Below, piece by piece: positions 51,373-64,000 of a DNA stretch of 64,000 nt. The stretch spans positions 27,094,001-27,158,000 of the forward strand of contig CM022671.1 of the NCBI GenBank assembly GCA_012295275.1, read 5' to 3'. This DNA comes from Chrysomallon squamiferum. Its lineage: Eukaryota > Animalia > Mollusca. A program made the translations under genes and the position numbers. How positions within the stretch are numbered: position 1 is the stretch's first letter; each line of letters starts with the position of its first letter. The notes beneath the pieces are model-generated. The model saw nothing but the letters and a program-made list of their open reading frames with translations, made no database searches and was not told where the DNA came from.

Positions 51373-51445
51373 CATCCCCGACGGGACTCGAACCCGCGAC
51401 CTCTGGATTAGAAGTCCAGCGCGCTATCCACTGCGCTACGAGGAC
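51373..51445 (-). tRNA. tRNA-Arg-TCT: tRNA-Arg, anticodon TCT, intronless (second isodecoder)
   Basis: Same as the 50695 copy except two C>T changes (gene positions 5 and 65) that convert G-C pairs to G-U. First T-run of 4 or more is about 60 nt downstream. Confidence 0.95.
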
Positions 51446-52301
51446 CTGACAGGTACTTTACATGGTAGCATTTTTTGGTGTCATTAGTAATAGACTCTCT
51501 TAGACTGTTAGAGGTGTTATGAATTAAGAAGCATCAAGAATATAACCTCTCTGAAACCTATAGTCCGCATGGATTTTTGAATGGCATGCCTAATTTCACG
51601 AGGATAATAATATTTATAAAAAGTGCCGCCTGCCTGATCATGAGCCATGTTCTCATACGACACGCTTCTCGAAAAAGGTTGACACGTATGGTATAGACCA
51701 TGTTTATGATTTATCATGATTTAATATAACACATAGGCCTACAATAGTTCATATTATTTCGATATGCAAAAAATATTAATGTTAAATCTGAACACACTGA
51801 AGAATTCTGATGGTGGCTTTGTTTTGTTTCAGTGGCCTGACGACAACAGATGCTTTCAGCTGTGCAACATCATAGATGACCGTTGTAGGAAAATTAAAGT
51901 TATACATATCATGACCGTAATTACATTAAGGCAAATGAGGCATTTGCCTCATACCGAATATTGCGAAATTGATGTCACACACACAGATTTTATTTTAAAA
52001 TATATAAAATAAAAATCTATTCCGATAGAAACGATATCCTCGGAATAAATTCGTTTATGTCTACGGTTACAGTTTGAATTCTACCGACATCGTTGCGATG
52101 AAAGACTTAATAGTTAATTGACTTCAAAAACATCAGACGTGAATCAGGAAATGGTTAGAATCGAGCATTTTGTGTCTTTCAAGTCGGACCCCTCGCCCAA
52201 ATATTTTTGCCTCACTCCGCTTTGCGATTACGTCTTTTTGCCTCATTTCAAAAAGAGTGTACATTAGTACAAATTATCCGGCTTCCAGAACACCGGCTAT
52301 T

Positions 52302-52349
<48 letters not shown>

Positions 52350-53870
52350 TTTTTTTTTTTTTTTAACTGACTTTCAAATTAGGCGAGCTGAAGTTTGACG
52401 GCAGTTGTTTCTGTGACATACTCGCCGTTCAAGTGAGACTGTTGCCCTGTAGAGGTGATCCTCTCTCAGTAAGACACTATAATATACATGTGCTGAATAA
52501 CTGTTAAATAATATATTGTTCTTTATTTTTTTTATTTTTTTTTTATTCATCTGATACATTATACATGAAAAAAAAAAAAAATAAGTGTATTAAGAAGCCT
52601 ATTAATTTGTCACCTGTATCTTTTAAAGACAAAAAAATATATTCTTTCTTTTCTTCAGTTTTCATCCTATTAATAATACAGTTTTTTTAATGTTTTTTTT
52701 GTTTTGTTTTGTTTTTTCTCTTATTATTGAAGACAACCTACCCTGATTTAAGAGTATATTAATTTGTATCTGTTAAATACAGTTTCTTTCTTTTTAATTT
52801 TTAATTTTAATTTTTAAAATTTCATATCTGGAGTATATATTTAGCCTGTAACAAAAAAATCTGACTAATGCAGAAAACCGGACCTCCTGCAATCCCACAC
52901 CTGGCGGATAAATAGTTTGGTAACATGACAAATAACAAAGCAACGGAAAATATATGCTACGAAAATTCCTATAAACTTTTAATTTTTATTTTAATCGAAA
53001 CAATACTATGTTCATTAAATTCTTGTATCTCCTTTTAAAAGCAAGATAACTCTATGACATTTTCTGGAGTCAATCTCATTGCATGAAAATAAAAGTTCTG
53101 CCGTAGCTAAACATATTATTACAAACATTTGATTTACTTTGAATAAAATTTAAATCCAATGAAATAGCACTACTTGATCACGTGACGCAAAAATCTGCCA
53201 TAATGATTCGATTACGATTCCCATCGATAAATCAGATGACGTTGGCTTCTGCTAAAACAGTGGTTCTACTTACGGATTTTGATAATATTTTTCGAAAATG
53301 AAAATAAATACATGATCTACAGGCTAGATGAGTTTTGGAAGATGACAATAGTCATTGATTGTTTTTATCTATATCATAGTATATGATTACTGGAAGGTAT
53401 TTTTTTTGTCTGGTAATTAAAATTACTTCTAGAATACCAATAGACATTTTTTTTTCAAAGTGAAGCCATGCTTAAATATTTAAGATCTATACGAACTTAC
53501 AAAAGGTTTTTATTCGGGAAATTTTAAAAAGAGATGGTCTTCAACACTAGTCCTAGAGGTCTAGCGCTAGATAAAAGCGATAACACAGACACAGTGAACG
53601 CGGGTTATGACGAAAAGTACTAAATGTCAATTTGTTGGGTTTTTTTTTTTTTTTAAAAAGGATTGTGTTCCTTGTTACTCATCTCCCATGATTTAAAATA
53701 AATATTCAATAAACGCAACAATGATCACAGACAAAGTGGGCATATGCATGTGTTACCTGTTAAAATACAAATACAAAATTCCAAAAACAACAAATTCTGG
53801 TTTTTTTTTTTTTTTTTTTTAATAAAATTTCTTTTGGAAAGTTAGAATAATTCTATGTTTTCATTAGTAA

Positions 53871-53960
53871 TGTAGCTATGTTAAACCTTGCATATTTTTT
53901 CAGTGCCATATCAACAGATTTGGATATGGAACATCATAAAGCAAGTTTGACTAAGCTGCA
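53871..53960 (-). promoter_or_regulatory. SECIS element of SELENOM
   Basis: Minus strand TGCAGCTTAGTCAAACTTGCTTT-ATGAT-GTTCCATATC-CAAATCTGTT-GATATGGCAC-TGAA-AAAATATGCAAGGTTTAACATAGCTACA. It fits ATGA-N12-AA-N18-GA with a UGAU/UGAA core, a 10-bp helix II (1 mismatch), apical AAA and an extended helix I (CTTGC/GCAAG, AAAC/GTTT, AGCT/AGCT). Confidence 0.9.
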
Positions 53961-55985
53961 TAACTCATAAAAAATAAAATTATACCAACTTTAATCTCAG
54001 TAATAACATATTCCATAATTGGTATCTTAAAAAAATTACTAATGTGCTAAAAAAAAAAAAAAAAAAACCTAACTAAATTTCTAAAAAATCCCTGAAAGCA
54101 TCACCTTCTAAATAGCTATTTATATCAGATATTGAAATTGACCTAAAAACCAAAATTAATGCTAATATTGAATTTGCAGAAATATATGTATCATTTGGTA
54201 GAGACTGGAATGTTTAGAATTTTTAAAATGTTTTGTCAGATTAATTTAAACATAAATAACAGGTTACATTTGTGCGTTATAAGAATGTAATAGAGTCGCA
54301 CTGTTCCATATTGTAACAGTATCTATTGGATTTCTTCTCATATTAAACATTAAAAAGTATGTATTTGTGTGTTAACAAAATTTATGAGTGTTCACCTCCA
54401 GTAAGTTCATCCTTCATGAATTTTAACAATAAACAGAAAAACTAATGAGATTTTGAAATATTTTCAAATAGAACAAGAAATATTTTAATAATTGTGATAA
54501 TAAAATAATTTTAAAAAAATTCAAACATCTTTTTACCCTTGGCTTATTTTTCAGAAATTGCAAAACTGTGTATTCATCAATGAAGATATATGGGAATTTA
54601 CCCCTATCCCCTAAAAAATGAACAATCAAACAATAAATAAATAAATAAACATATTTAAAGTTTGGAACATATTAACAGGCAAATTAAACACATGGGTTAA
54701 TGCTAATAAAATTATTTTAGGTACTTTCAGGATGATAAATAATCATGTTACAAGAAATTTATTAAACTATACTTTATGTATGTCTTAAAATTTTACATTT
54801 AAATTGAGAACTGCTTTGAAATACATCTTAAATAAATATTTCATATAGAAGATATTTCATCAACAAAAAAAATGACTAGTGTTGATGTTTTTCTTAAACA
54901 AAAAAACATTTTCAAAACTATTTTCCATGTAATTTAATATCACAGGTGCAGTATTTCACATAAATTTTAGTCAGAATAACATGACTTGTCACAAATTTTT
55001 TTTACCTCCAAGGCTTGTAATTTTACCTAAGGAACACCATCAAAATGTCTGCATTACTAGTACATGATAGCCTAATTTTCAAAACAATATTCACATATTT
55101 TAAAACCCCAATAATATCTATAGTTAAAAACTCGGATATAATGATAGCAATGGGGTTTGTAACAAAAATAAATGCACTTGAAACAAATAAAATAATAAAT
55201 AGATTTATGTATATTTATAAAATTACATACAATATTTATATATAATTTGTGAGTTACTGATATTTAAAATAAATCTTTCACAAACAAAAAATCCTAGCTT
55301 ATATCAATGTTTATTAAAAATGTGCATGTAATTAATGCATATTGTTTCAACATCTTTCATTTAAAGATTTTCAGTTATAAAAATATTTCTTATGGTCAAA
55401 AATTAATTGTTCATGCATTCTGTCCAACAAATTATATTGTATTGAATACTATTCAAATTGTTTACAAACAAGTAGTGTGTTCAATTGCAAAAATTACTAA
55501 GGCACTTTTCTAATGTACTATTATAACCATTGTAAATATCTGACATGAGTTCAAATTAGAATACCGAAATGGAAACATGTTTATTCAAAAGAGCATTAAT
55601 AAGTTTATGCATAAGAAAAAACTAAGCAATATTATTGTAGCTGGTTTTTTTTGCTTACTAAAGATCAACAATAGTGTGTTGTCCATAATTTTGTACACAG
55701 ATTTTTGTGTGTTAAAACTGTACTTAAAATGTTCTAAATGTTTAACAAGAAATGATCTTTAAAATGAATGATGACTCTTATTAATTTGTGATATGTATAT
55801 ATTTTTAAATGTTTTATTGTATATGTTTTATTTTATGCAGACAATAATTTAATTTCAAAGCAAAAATCTACATAACACTACCAAAAAAACACCCACCATT
55901 TTTTTTTATTATTAAAATGCCCATGAAAATAATAAGTAAATTTCTAAAAAATAAAATTTGAAAAATATATCTAAATAATTAAAAT

Positions 55986-57829
55986 CTAAAATTCATCTCT
56001 TATCATTCTTCTTATTTCCATATCTTCAATTATTCTATCCACCTCATCATCAGTTCTTTCTCTATATGGTCCTTTAAGATATTTTTCTGGAACTTCTTGT
56101 GCAGCTGATAATCTTTTAAAAAATCCTTTTTTTAACACAATCTTTGTACACTTCTCTTGATCAAAGTCTGATAAGTCAATGCGCTGAGGGAGAGAAAAAA
56201 AAAGTCATATCAATATAAAGACAAGCATGTATTTTCATATATAGATAGCTAGAAAGATTGATAGCTATAACAAAACAAAATGGTGGGTAATTAAATAATT
56301 TAGTGGTTATTTAGGATCTGAGTAGCATAATGGCTGCAACAAAGTTAAAATTTCCAACACCAGGATTTATAGTCTTACCTCAATTTCTTTTCCATCAGCA
56401 TCTAAAGTCACAAGATGAGGTGGAGCACCGGGATGTGCTTTAAATTCAACATTATGGCTGCAAAATGTTAAGGTCAACTTCATAAAAACCTGGCCCAAAC
56501 AGAAGGTCAAATCCAAATATAGGTCTGGATGTTTGTGATAGATCAAAAAAAAAAAAAAAAAAAGTAAAATCCTAAACACTAGATGATACAACTCAAGTCA
56601 GTGACTGTTACATATCAATTATATTTTGACCAGTAAACATCATTTTCCACAAAACAACAAAATTTCAAAGACAAAAAGTAACATCTACATCATTAGAAAC
56701 AATTTTATTTGACATAAGATTTAAGATGACTTAAATATTTTCTAAAGGGATAATTCAGTACATGTTCAGGCTCAAACAGAGGGAATAATTCTTAATAACA
56801 TATTAAATTATTTCTTCTTTGTGTTTAGAAGGATACAACAGAGGGAGCTCATTATAAATGAACCTCTTGACCTCTGGCAGTCTGTTCAGACGTCATCCAC
56901 TGCAGCTCTGTAATGCAAAATGATAATTTAAAGACATGACATAAATAATTTCTGCAAAAAACTTATAGGTTATATAATCATTATATGTTAATGTTCTTTG
57001 CTATGTTTTGTCTATACTTCACTTTTAAAGTTAATGACAGTAGGTTATTTGGTTGCTTGTTTTGTGTGTGTGTATGAAGGCACCCTCTGTTTCTTTGACA
57101 AGATGCAAGCTTACAGTTTTTATATAACTGTTTTGTATTTGCACTAGAAGATTTAAAAAAAAAAAAAAAAAAAAACTTCTGCCACCAAGACAATAATCTT
57201 AACTGTAACATTCTTAACTTTTTTAATACTTCAGGATATTTTTATGAAATAACACTATCACTGAATTATAATAATAACTGAACATAATGTAAAACTTAAA
57301 AGTATGAAGTTAGTTAAAAATTAGAAACAAATAAATAAATAAATAAATTATCCCTGCAAAACAGATGTAAAATTTGTATTTTGTTTTTGAAGCACATATA
57401 AAAAATAATTTAAAAAACACCCTCTAAAACATAAATAAATCTGCAGACTTTCAAACTTTTTAAAATAAATAAATAATATTCGTGGAAAGAATAAAATAAT
57501 TAAAGAATGTTATTGTAAATTCAAATTGATTCTTGTTTGAATATATTATTAATATCATATACATATATGATATAATGATATATAATATAATATTAAAATA
57601 ATTAGTAGTAGTAACTGGACTAACTTGTTAAGTGCTACGAAATCATCGAAATTTAAGCAATAAAAATAAATAAATAAACAAATAAATAAATAAAAGTAAT
57701 TAACAAACACACTTCTACTATTGCTTTCATAACTAATCTTTTCCCGGAACTTTCATCAGCACTGTTGTCATCAGCGAACACGAAAACAGAAAACAGTAAA
57801 CACGTCAACACTATTCTGGGCGCAGCCAT
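55986..57829 (-). CDS. SELENOM: Selenoprotein M (Sep15/SelM family), 4 exons, 154 aa, Sec44 encoded by UGA
   Basis: Exons 57713-57829, 56837-56907, 56379-56457, 55986-56183 give MAAPRIVLTCLLFSVFVFA (signal peptide) DDNSADESSGKRLVMKAIVESCSGURLNRLPEVKRFIYNELPLFHNVEFKAHPGAPPHLVTLDADGKEIERIDLSDFDQEKCTKIVLKKGFFKR...GPYRE...MIRDEF*. CxxU motif (TGA at 56893-56895), SelM-type LNRLPEVKxF, PGAxP and GFxK motifs, KDEL-like RDEF end. Confidence 0.95.
56458..56836 (-). other. U12-type (minor spliceosome) GT-AG intron in SELENOM
   Basis: 5' splice site GTATCCTT. Branch site CCTTAAC followed by only ATTTTGCAG, with no long pyrimidine tract. Confidence 0.92.
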
Positions 57830-57930
57830 CTTTGATACTTGACAACATAATGACCCCGAGATTCAGAATTAACCAATGGGAGAACTGCAATTCTCTGTTT
57901 TAAGTTAAATACATATCCAATCATAAAGTA
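57825..57930 (-). promoter_or_regulatory. Putative SELENOM promoter
   Basis: AAGATGGC (YY1-like) over the ATG, two CCAAT boxes (57872, 57917), and AACTGCAATTCTC resembling the ACTACAnnnCCC (ZNF143-associated) motif. Confidence 0.4.
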
Positions 57931-58537
57931 GCACTTGTCAAACTTCACGCCATCTATCAATTATTTAAATAACATGTCTATTGTGTGTGTGTGTGTGTGT
58001 GTGTGGGGGTCTTGATCAGAAAGAACATTTAGGAAATCTTTGTTTGCGCACGTCATTTCTGGGTGAAATTTTCTTTGATAAATGTATATTAAAAATTATC
58101 GACATTCATTCAACTAAAAATTGTATAATATTAGTATTATCTGATGTCAGTGTTTTTAATGATTTTGTTTTTGTTGTTTTAAATTTTTAATTATTATTAT
58201 AAAATATGATATACGACTCCAGTTTAGAATGTTAATTGTTATTATTTATCTCACAGTAGAAATCATATTGCTGTATAAAATGAGAACATTTTATGAATAA
58301 AGCTAATGGAATTTTATTTACATACTTTTAACTAAAAACAATACCTAAATTAAATTTTCATAAAAAAGACTAAAAACTAATCTATATATATATAAATATA
58401 TATTTATTTTTTTTTTTATTTGGCAATGCAAATATGCAATTAATTTCAACAAACCATGTACATGTATGAAAATAACCAAAAGAACAATGTCGATTTTTAG
58501 TACATATTTATTCATAAAATACATTAACAGCAATGAA

Positions 58538-58572
<35 letters not shown>

Positions 58573-60352
58573 GAAGAAAGAAATGGCAATGGAATGTTGC
58601 CCACTGCTATAAATGTAACATTCAATTATGTGCCTTGCAATTTAAAAAAACAGCAAGCGTGTTGACACAGACACAAACATACATGTTATTTACATCAGCA
58701 ATGAATTAAATAAATATACTGACCCCCAAACATCAACATGCTATTGAAATAATTAGAGATTAATTTAATGAAATCTGAATATATAAACAGAATACGAGTT
58801 TCACACAAAACTATGTAAAGTTTATGAATTATAAGAAAATGTAGGTAAACAGGTTGGTATTTGAATATTGGTAAAGAAAATAAAATAATTTTTCTCAGTT
58901 ATGGCAAGTGACTTTTTGAGTTCATTTTGTATCAATATAACTGCTAAAGTTAAAAAGTTAAAATAGTAAAATGCTGAGTTTTAATCCTAGAAAGGAATGT
59001 TTTTTTTTAACTTTCATAATAAATTAAAATATTCCATTAATGCAGATGTGATATGTTTTGTAAACAATTTCTCTGAATAATTCTGGATGTCAACATGTTT
59101 GATATGTAAAAAAAATGTATAAATGAATAAAAATAAAATAAATAACAATATTAACAAAATAATAATAAACAAAAAATATTTAATAAAATAAAAATATATA
59201 AAATGTTTAAAAACAATGAGATAAAAATAAAATAGAAAATCATTTCATTAAAAAAACCTCTTTAATTAGGAATTAATTCCAAATATTAAAACAAAATGAT
59301 GTATATTTACAATAAGGTTTTGTTAGCAAAACTAATTAGAACATTAAATATTTTGATTAAGAACAACAAAAAATAGCTAATTAAAATATTTGTGAAATAA
59401 AATTTTGAATTAATAATTTGATTCTGGTTAAGGTGTGTACCTCTTTCTTTTATTAAATGTTTTGATACAGTCCTCTAAATAGTCAGTGATATTTAGTTTC
59501 CCAATATCTCCAGCAGGCCAGAAACTTGGGTGCTAATATATACTATCTAACACAGCAGTATTTTCAACAAATTTAAAGTCGACTTTCATTGTCTTGTGGA
59601 CTGTTCTTTTACTAAGAAAAGCAAGCAGCAATTTACTAATTTTAGTTGCAAGTACAGAAGCCTCCATTTTACAACTAACTAGTGCCAAGTTTATACTCTT
59701 GAAAGAAAAAAATGTATTAAACTTTCTTATTGAACAGAAAATGTTAAAAAATAATATTGCTTGGAATGACCCCAGTTTAATTAAAGACTGAATGTGTATA
59801 TTTTATATTATTTTTATGAACTGCCATGAAGGTGAATTTTTGTGCTAAAATTTATACAAAGTAAAATAAGCATTAAGAATATATACCAGAAAAAAATTTC
59901 TAATTAAAATTTCATGAAAAAAAAAAAATGGATAATGAAAAAAGAAATAAAAAATTATAATTAAAGAAAATTTAAATTAATTTTTTTTTTATATGAAGAT
60001 GGATTACCTATTACTTGACTAAATATCTGATGATGTTTTGAGAATGAATGCTAAATGTATATTCCTTCTATTATATATAATATACAGCAATGTAGCACCA
60101 AACCTAATAATTGTTTATATTTTATATATATATATATATATATGAATATATGAGCTTTGATATAAATGGTACCTTATTAGTGTTTTATTTGTATGTTAAT
60201 TTCTAAAAATAATGACGGAAATGGCTTGACAGATTTATGAAAAAAAAAAAAAAAAAAAAAAAATTAAAATTAAAATCTGAAAAATCGAATAATAATAATA
60301 ATAATAATAAATAAAATAAAAATTAAACCATAAGCAGGATTTTTTGATAATT

Positions 60353-60386
<34 letters not shown>

Positions 60387-63300
60387 AGTAATAAAAAAAA
60401 TAATGTTTTATATATAATAAAGATATAAAATTATTTTACAATTAAATGTTCTTTAATCATTTATTTCCCTGGTTTGAAACATTTATGACAATATGGACTG
60501 TAACTGTTTTTCTTATTAATATTAACTTTGACATAACTTGCCACTTGTAACATTTTAAAATTTTAAGAAGTATATATACATGTATTTATGTCAGATTTTA
60601 TAGCTATCATTTTATACATTATGAATAATTACTTGTAATAAATCTTAAAATGTTTTTAATTGGATGTAAAAACCTTACTAATTATTATAAGTAACCCAGT
60701 TTTTATTTCAGTTATGAGGTATGAATGCCTGAATATGTAGTATATATAAAACATAGACATCAATTATTTTACAATTACATGACAAAACAGATTATGAAAT
60801 CGGTATTTATATCTTATTTTCATGATGTTCATTTGATGTTTTCATTCCCTGAGTATCCAAATCAAATGTGTGATCTTGTACATTAACAAAGTAAGCTCTA
60901 ATTTGTCCTAGGATAAGATGTTATTTCTGTACAAATGGTCCCTTCTATGTCATTCAGTTATTTTTTGATATGAACATCACAAATCTATATCTGTTAGCTA
61001 AAAGTTCTTACATTTAAAAAACAAAATTGTGACCTTAAATAAAAGTATTTTCACTGTTACATTACTATTAACAACAAAAATGACAACAAAAGTAAATAAA
61101 TAAATCTTAAAAACAATAACATAACTGACACATTTTTTTAATATTATGTATAATGGCACATTTCCTAAAAAATCTGATAAGAAACTAAAACTGTGAACTA
61201 AAAGAAAACTTGATATCGGACAATGTTTATAAATTCTCACTTCTTTCATATATATATCATATTATTTAACCTGTGACAAAGCAGTAAAACATAACAAGTG
61301 ACAAAACACAATATCTCTGAAAATAAAAACATTTACATCACAAATTCTTTATATAAATGAAATAAATAATTTTTATAATTTACAAGACAAAACATATATA
61401 ATACCATGTGAACTTTTATGTGCAATTATATCCAAATTTTCATTGATATATAGCAATACCCAGACACTTTTGTATGGGCATCATCTTGAATGTTTTTAAA
61501 TTAATAAACTCACAAAAAAACACAAAAAAACAAGAACAAACCCCAAAATAATTAGTAACAGTAACTGGACAATATAAAAATACACAACATTAAAATATCA
61601 GCATATTGATTAAGTATCTGAAGTATGTTGTTGGTATATTAAACAAATGTCATATTAAAATAAATTTTAAAAATGCATTAGGTATCAGTTTTCATGTAAA
61701 ATGAATTGTATTATAGTTTTAACACATAAGAACTGAATGAAAACTAATAATTTGATTTTATGAAGCAATTATTATCATTAAAAAAACATACATTAAATTC
61801 ATTTTACTATACGGCAAGGCATAAAAGCATATTAAATGTCCCTAACATATATTAAGTTTGACGCATTGTTTGATTTTATTAATAAAAGGTTTGCAAGCCA
61901 TTAAATGATGCCAATAATTTATGAAATAAGACTGTTCAAATAAATGAGCAAACATTTGCCAAAAATATAATGTGTTGATGAAGTGCTTACAATTTAATTA
62001 TTTCTACGTAAATCAGTTCATTATAACAATTTGATTTTTGACAACAATATGTATATATATTTATTCTGAGTAATCTGAAAAATGTGTTTGGAACTTGTTT
62101 AATTGATCAAGAAAAGACAAAATATAAAGTATTCAACTGAGGTGTAATGTTTTGCACGGGTATAGGTTAAGGAAAGTCTCTAAAAATAACAGCTTTCATT
62201 CTTTTCCCTTCTTTTTTTTCTTAATTAATTCTGTAAAGAGTAGTTATTTGATTATTCAGCTTTGATTATTTTAATATTTATTTAATAGGAAATTAATACT
62301 AATATATTATTAGTTTTCATTTCAAAAAATGATGTTTTGAAAAACCACCACAAATTTAAAATGCTCCCATCTATATACAAATATTTTGATGAATATATAG
62401 AGAATTTTAAACTGAAGAAGAAAAAATAGATTAATAAAACATATTAGAGTAGGTGACATTCTTAGTTACATATACTATCATGGCTTTTTGTTCAACAATA
62501 TTGTCATTAAAATGGACACACAACATAAAATTAAAGTAATTTAACTGAAAGCATATGTATTTAAAAATGAAAATATAAGATAAATTTTTGACTGCTAAAT
62601 ATACTGGGCTAAAATTTATTCAAACTGAATTTGAAATTTATTTTGTTTGTTTTTCGAAAAAGTGTCCATGATAATTCAAATTCTTACAACAATTTAAAAC
62701 AGTTCCAGAATCTATTTAATACTATAAACAAAGACAGCGTAACACCAAAAACAAAGTGTTGATAATCATATCATTTAATGTATCTAGGTCAAAATCAAAT
62801 TTAATACATGACTAGAATAAAATATTGTTACTTGATCTCACTGGGGACATTTTTTATTTTTAGTGGTGAAAGAAAAACTTAAATTTGTAATCAGTTACAA
62901 GCAGACTATGATAAAAAAATACAACATATTTCCAAATTTCACTGTTACAACAATTAAATGGAATGAAAACCTTGTGAAATAATAATTACAAAAAATAAAT
63001 AAATAAAAATAATAATACTAATAAAACAAGTCAATATGAATATCTTACATTAAAATGTAGGATAATCCAAAGTTTAGTCCGTCATGAAACACTCACATGA
63101 ATTAAACATAAGAATCAGTATCATCTGAAAATTTGCAGAAAATGCCATTCTGGAAACAGTAACAAACTGATGATAATGGCTTGATCAGAAACTGACCAGA
63201 GTAACTATCAAAATAATCTGTAATCACTGTTTTTCAAAAATGGCAACTGAATCACAGCAACGAGATTTGAAAAGTTAGAAATCTTGTCTTTTTACCTCTG

Positions 63301-63521
63301 CTTTTCAATTTCTGACAAATAAAGGAGAATCCAGCCATAATTTTGAATTTTGCATCCTTAAAATGTTGATCAGGACAGCTCAAATAAACTGAAACATAAA
63401 ATAAATAAAACAACCACAACCCACCTCAGTACATGCTGAGATCTGTCATATATTTGATATATGGAAAGCTTGCAAGCTGTGATATGCTACAATATTAACA
63501 CAATACACTAATTATCATGTG

Positions 63522-63635
63522 CTATGTCTTCTGCTTTTTCGATGGCTTTCCTCCTTTCTCTTTCTCTCTTCGGCGTTTCATCTGTTTCAGATGTTCTTTT
63601 TCCATGTCTCGTTCACTAACATTTAACCTCAAAGA
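63522..63635 (-). CDS. Probable last coding exon of an unidentified gene extending past the window (basic, NLS-like C-terminus)
   Basis: Acceptor TTGCATTTCAG then SLRLNVSERDMEKEHLKQMKRRREKEKGGKPSKKQKT* (phase 0 assumed). Purine-rich coding-like composition followed by about 5.5 kb of AT-rich UTR-like sequence. Confidence 0.65.
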   Translation of the reverse strand, partial: SLRLNVSERDMEKEHLKQMKRRREKEKGGKPSKKQKT

Positions 63636-64000
63636 CTGAAATGCAAGTAACAGTGAATGAATAAATGTGTGGAAGAATCACAACAAATTTTAACCATAAC
63701 AGACATTAGATGCCAGTCATACATTTTCTTGTATAAAATACATAACACAGCCTTTGAATAACAAGCTGTGGCAGTGACTAGAATGGGAAACAGCCCAACT
63801 GGAAATATCAGTTTTACCATTACCAGCCTACTCTTACACATAACAAAGTGAGTCATTTACACAGATTTTAAGTTTTCTCATTTGATAAATATATATCATA
63901 TATTTCTGAGCAATTTTACCATTAATAGCCTTTTCTTATTTATAATAAAGTGACAGATGTTGGCAGTCATTTACATAGTCATTTACATATATTGCATACT

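Noticed and set aside
53904-54613. Apparent plus-strand spliced mini-gene (acceptors at 53903, 54179, 54554)
   Set aside because: The first exon coincides with the minus-strand SECIS and the rest lies in the SELENOM 3'UTR; the peptides are not recognisable.
54995-55045. Hairpin with an AAAA loop in the SELENOM 3'UTR as a second SECIS
   Set aside because: Lacks the UGAN/NGAN non-Watson-Crick core.

Overview
AT-rich, intron-dense animal genomic DNA (invertebrate; a lophotrochozoan or mollusc is my guess). All recognisable genes are on the minus strand, and most entries in the ORF track are exon fragments or noise. Spliced by hand: (1) complete p70 S6 kinase (RPS6KB1-like, 16 coding exons, 490 aa, 3826-15483); (2) complete GCN1 (51 coding exons, about 2688 aa, 20187-49456); (3) two intronless tRNA-Arg(UCU) genes; (4) selenoprotein M (4 exons, 154 aa, 55986-57829); (5) the last coding exon of an unidentified gene at the right edge. 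The selenoprotein M gene is mostly invisible to the ORF track. It has an in-frame UGA in a CxxU motif, a U12-type intron right after the Sec exon, and a SECIS hairpin about 2 kb into the 3'UTR. Other notable points: a compensating +1/-1 frameshift pair in a GCN1 exon, a GC-AG intron, a GCN1 uORF/YY1 site, candidate intronic snoRNAs and poison exons, duplicated decoy splice acceptors, MITEs and minisatellites. I found no clearly new multi-gene system; the strongest results are known mechanisms that automated annotation would probably miss.
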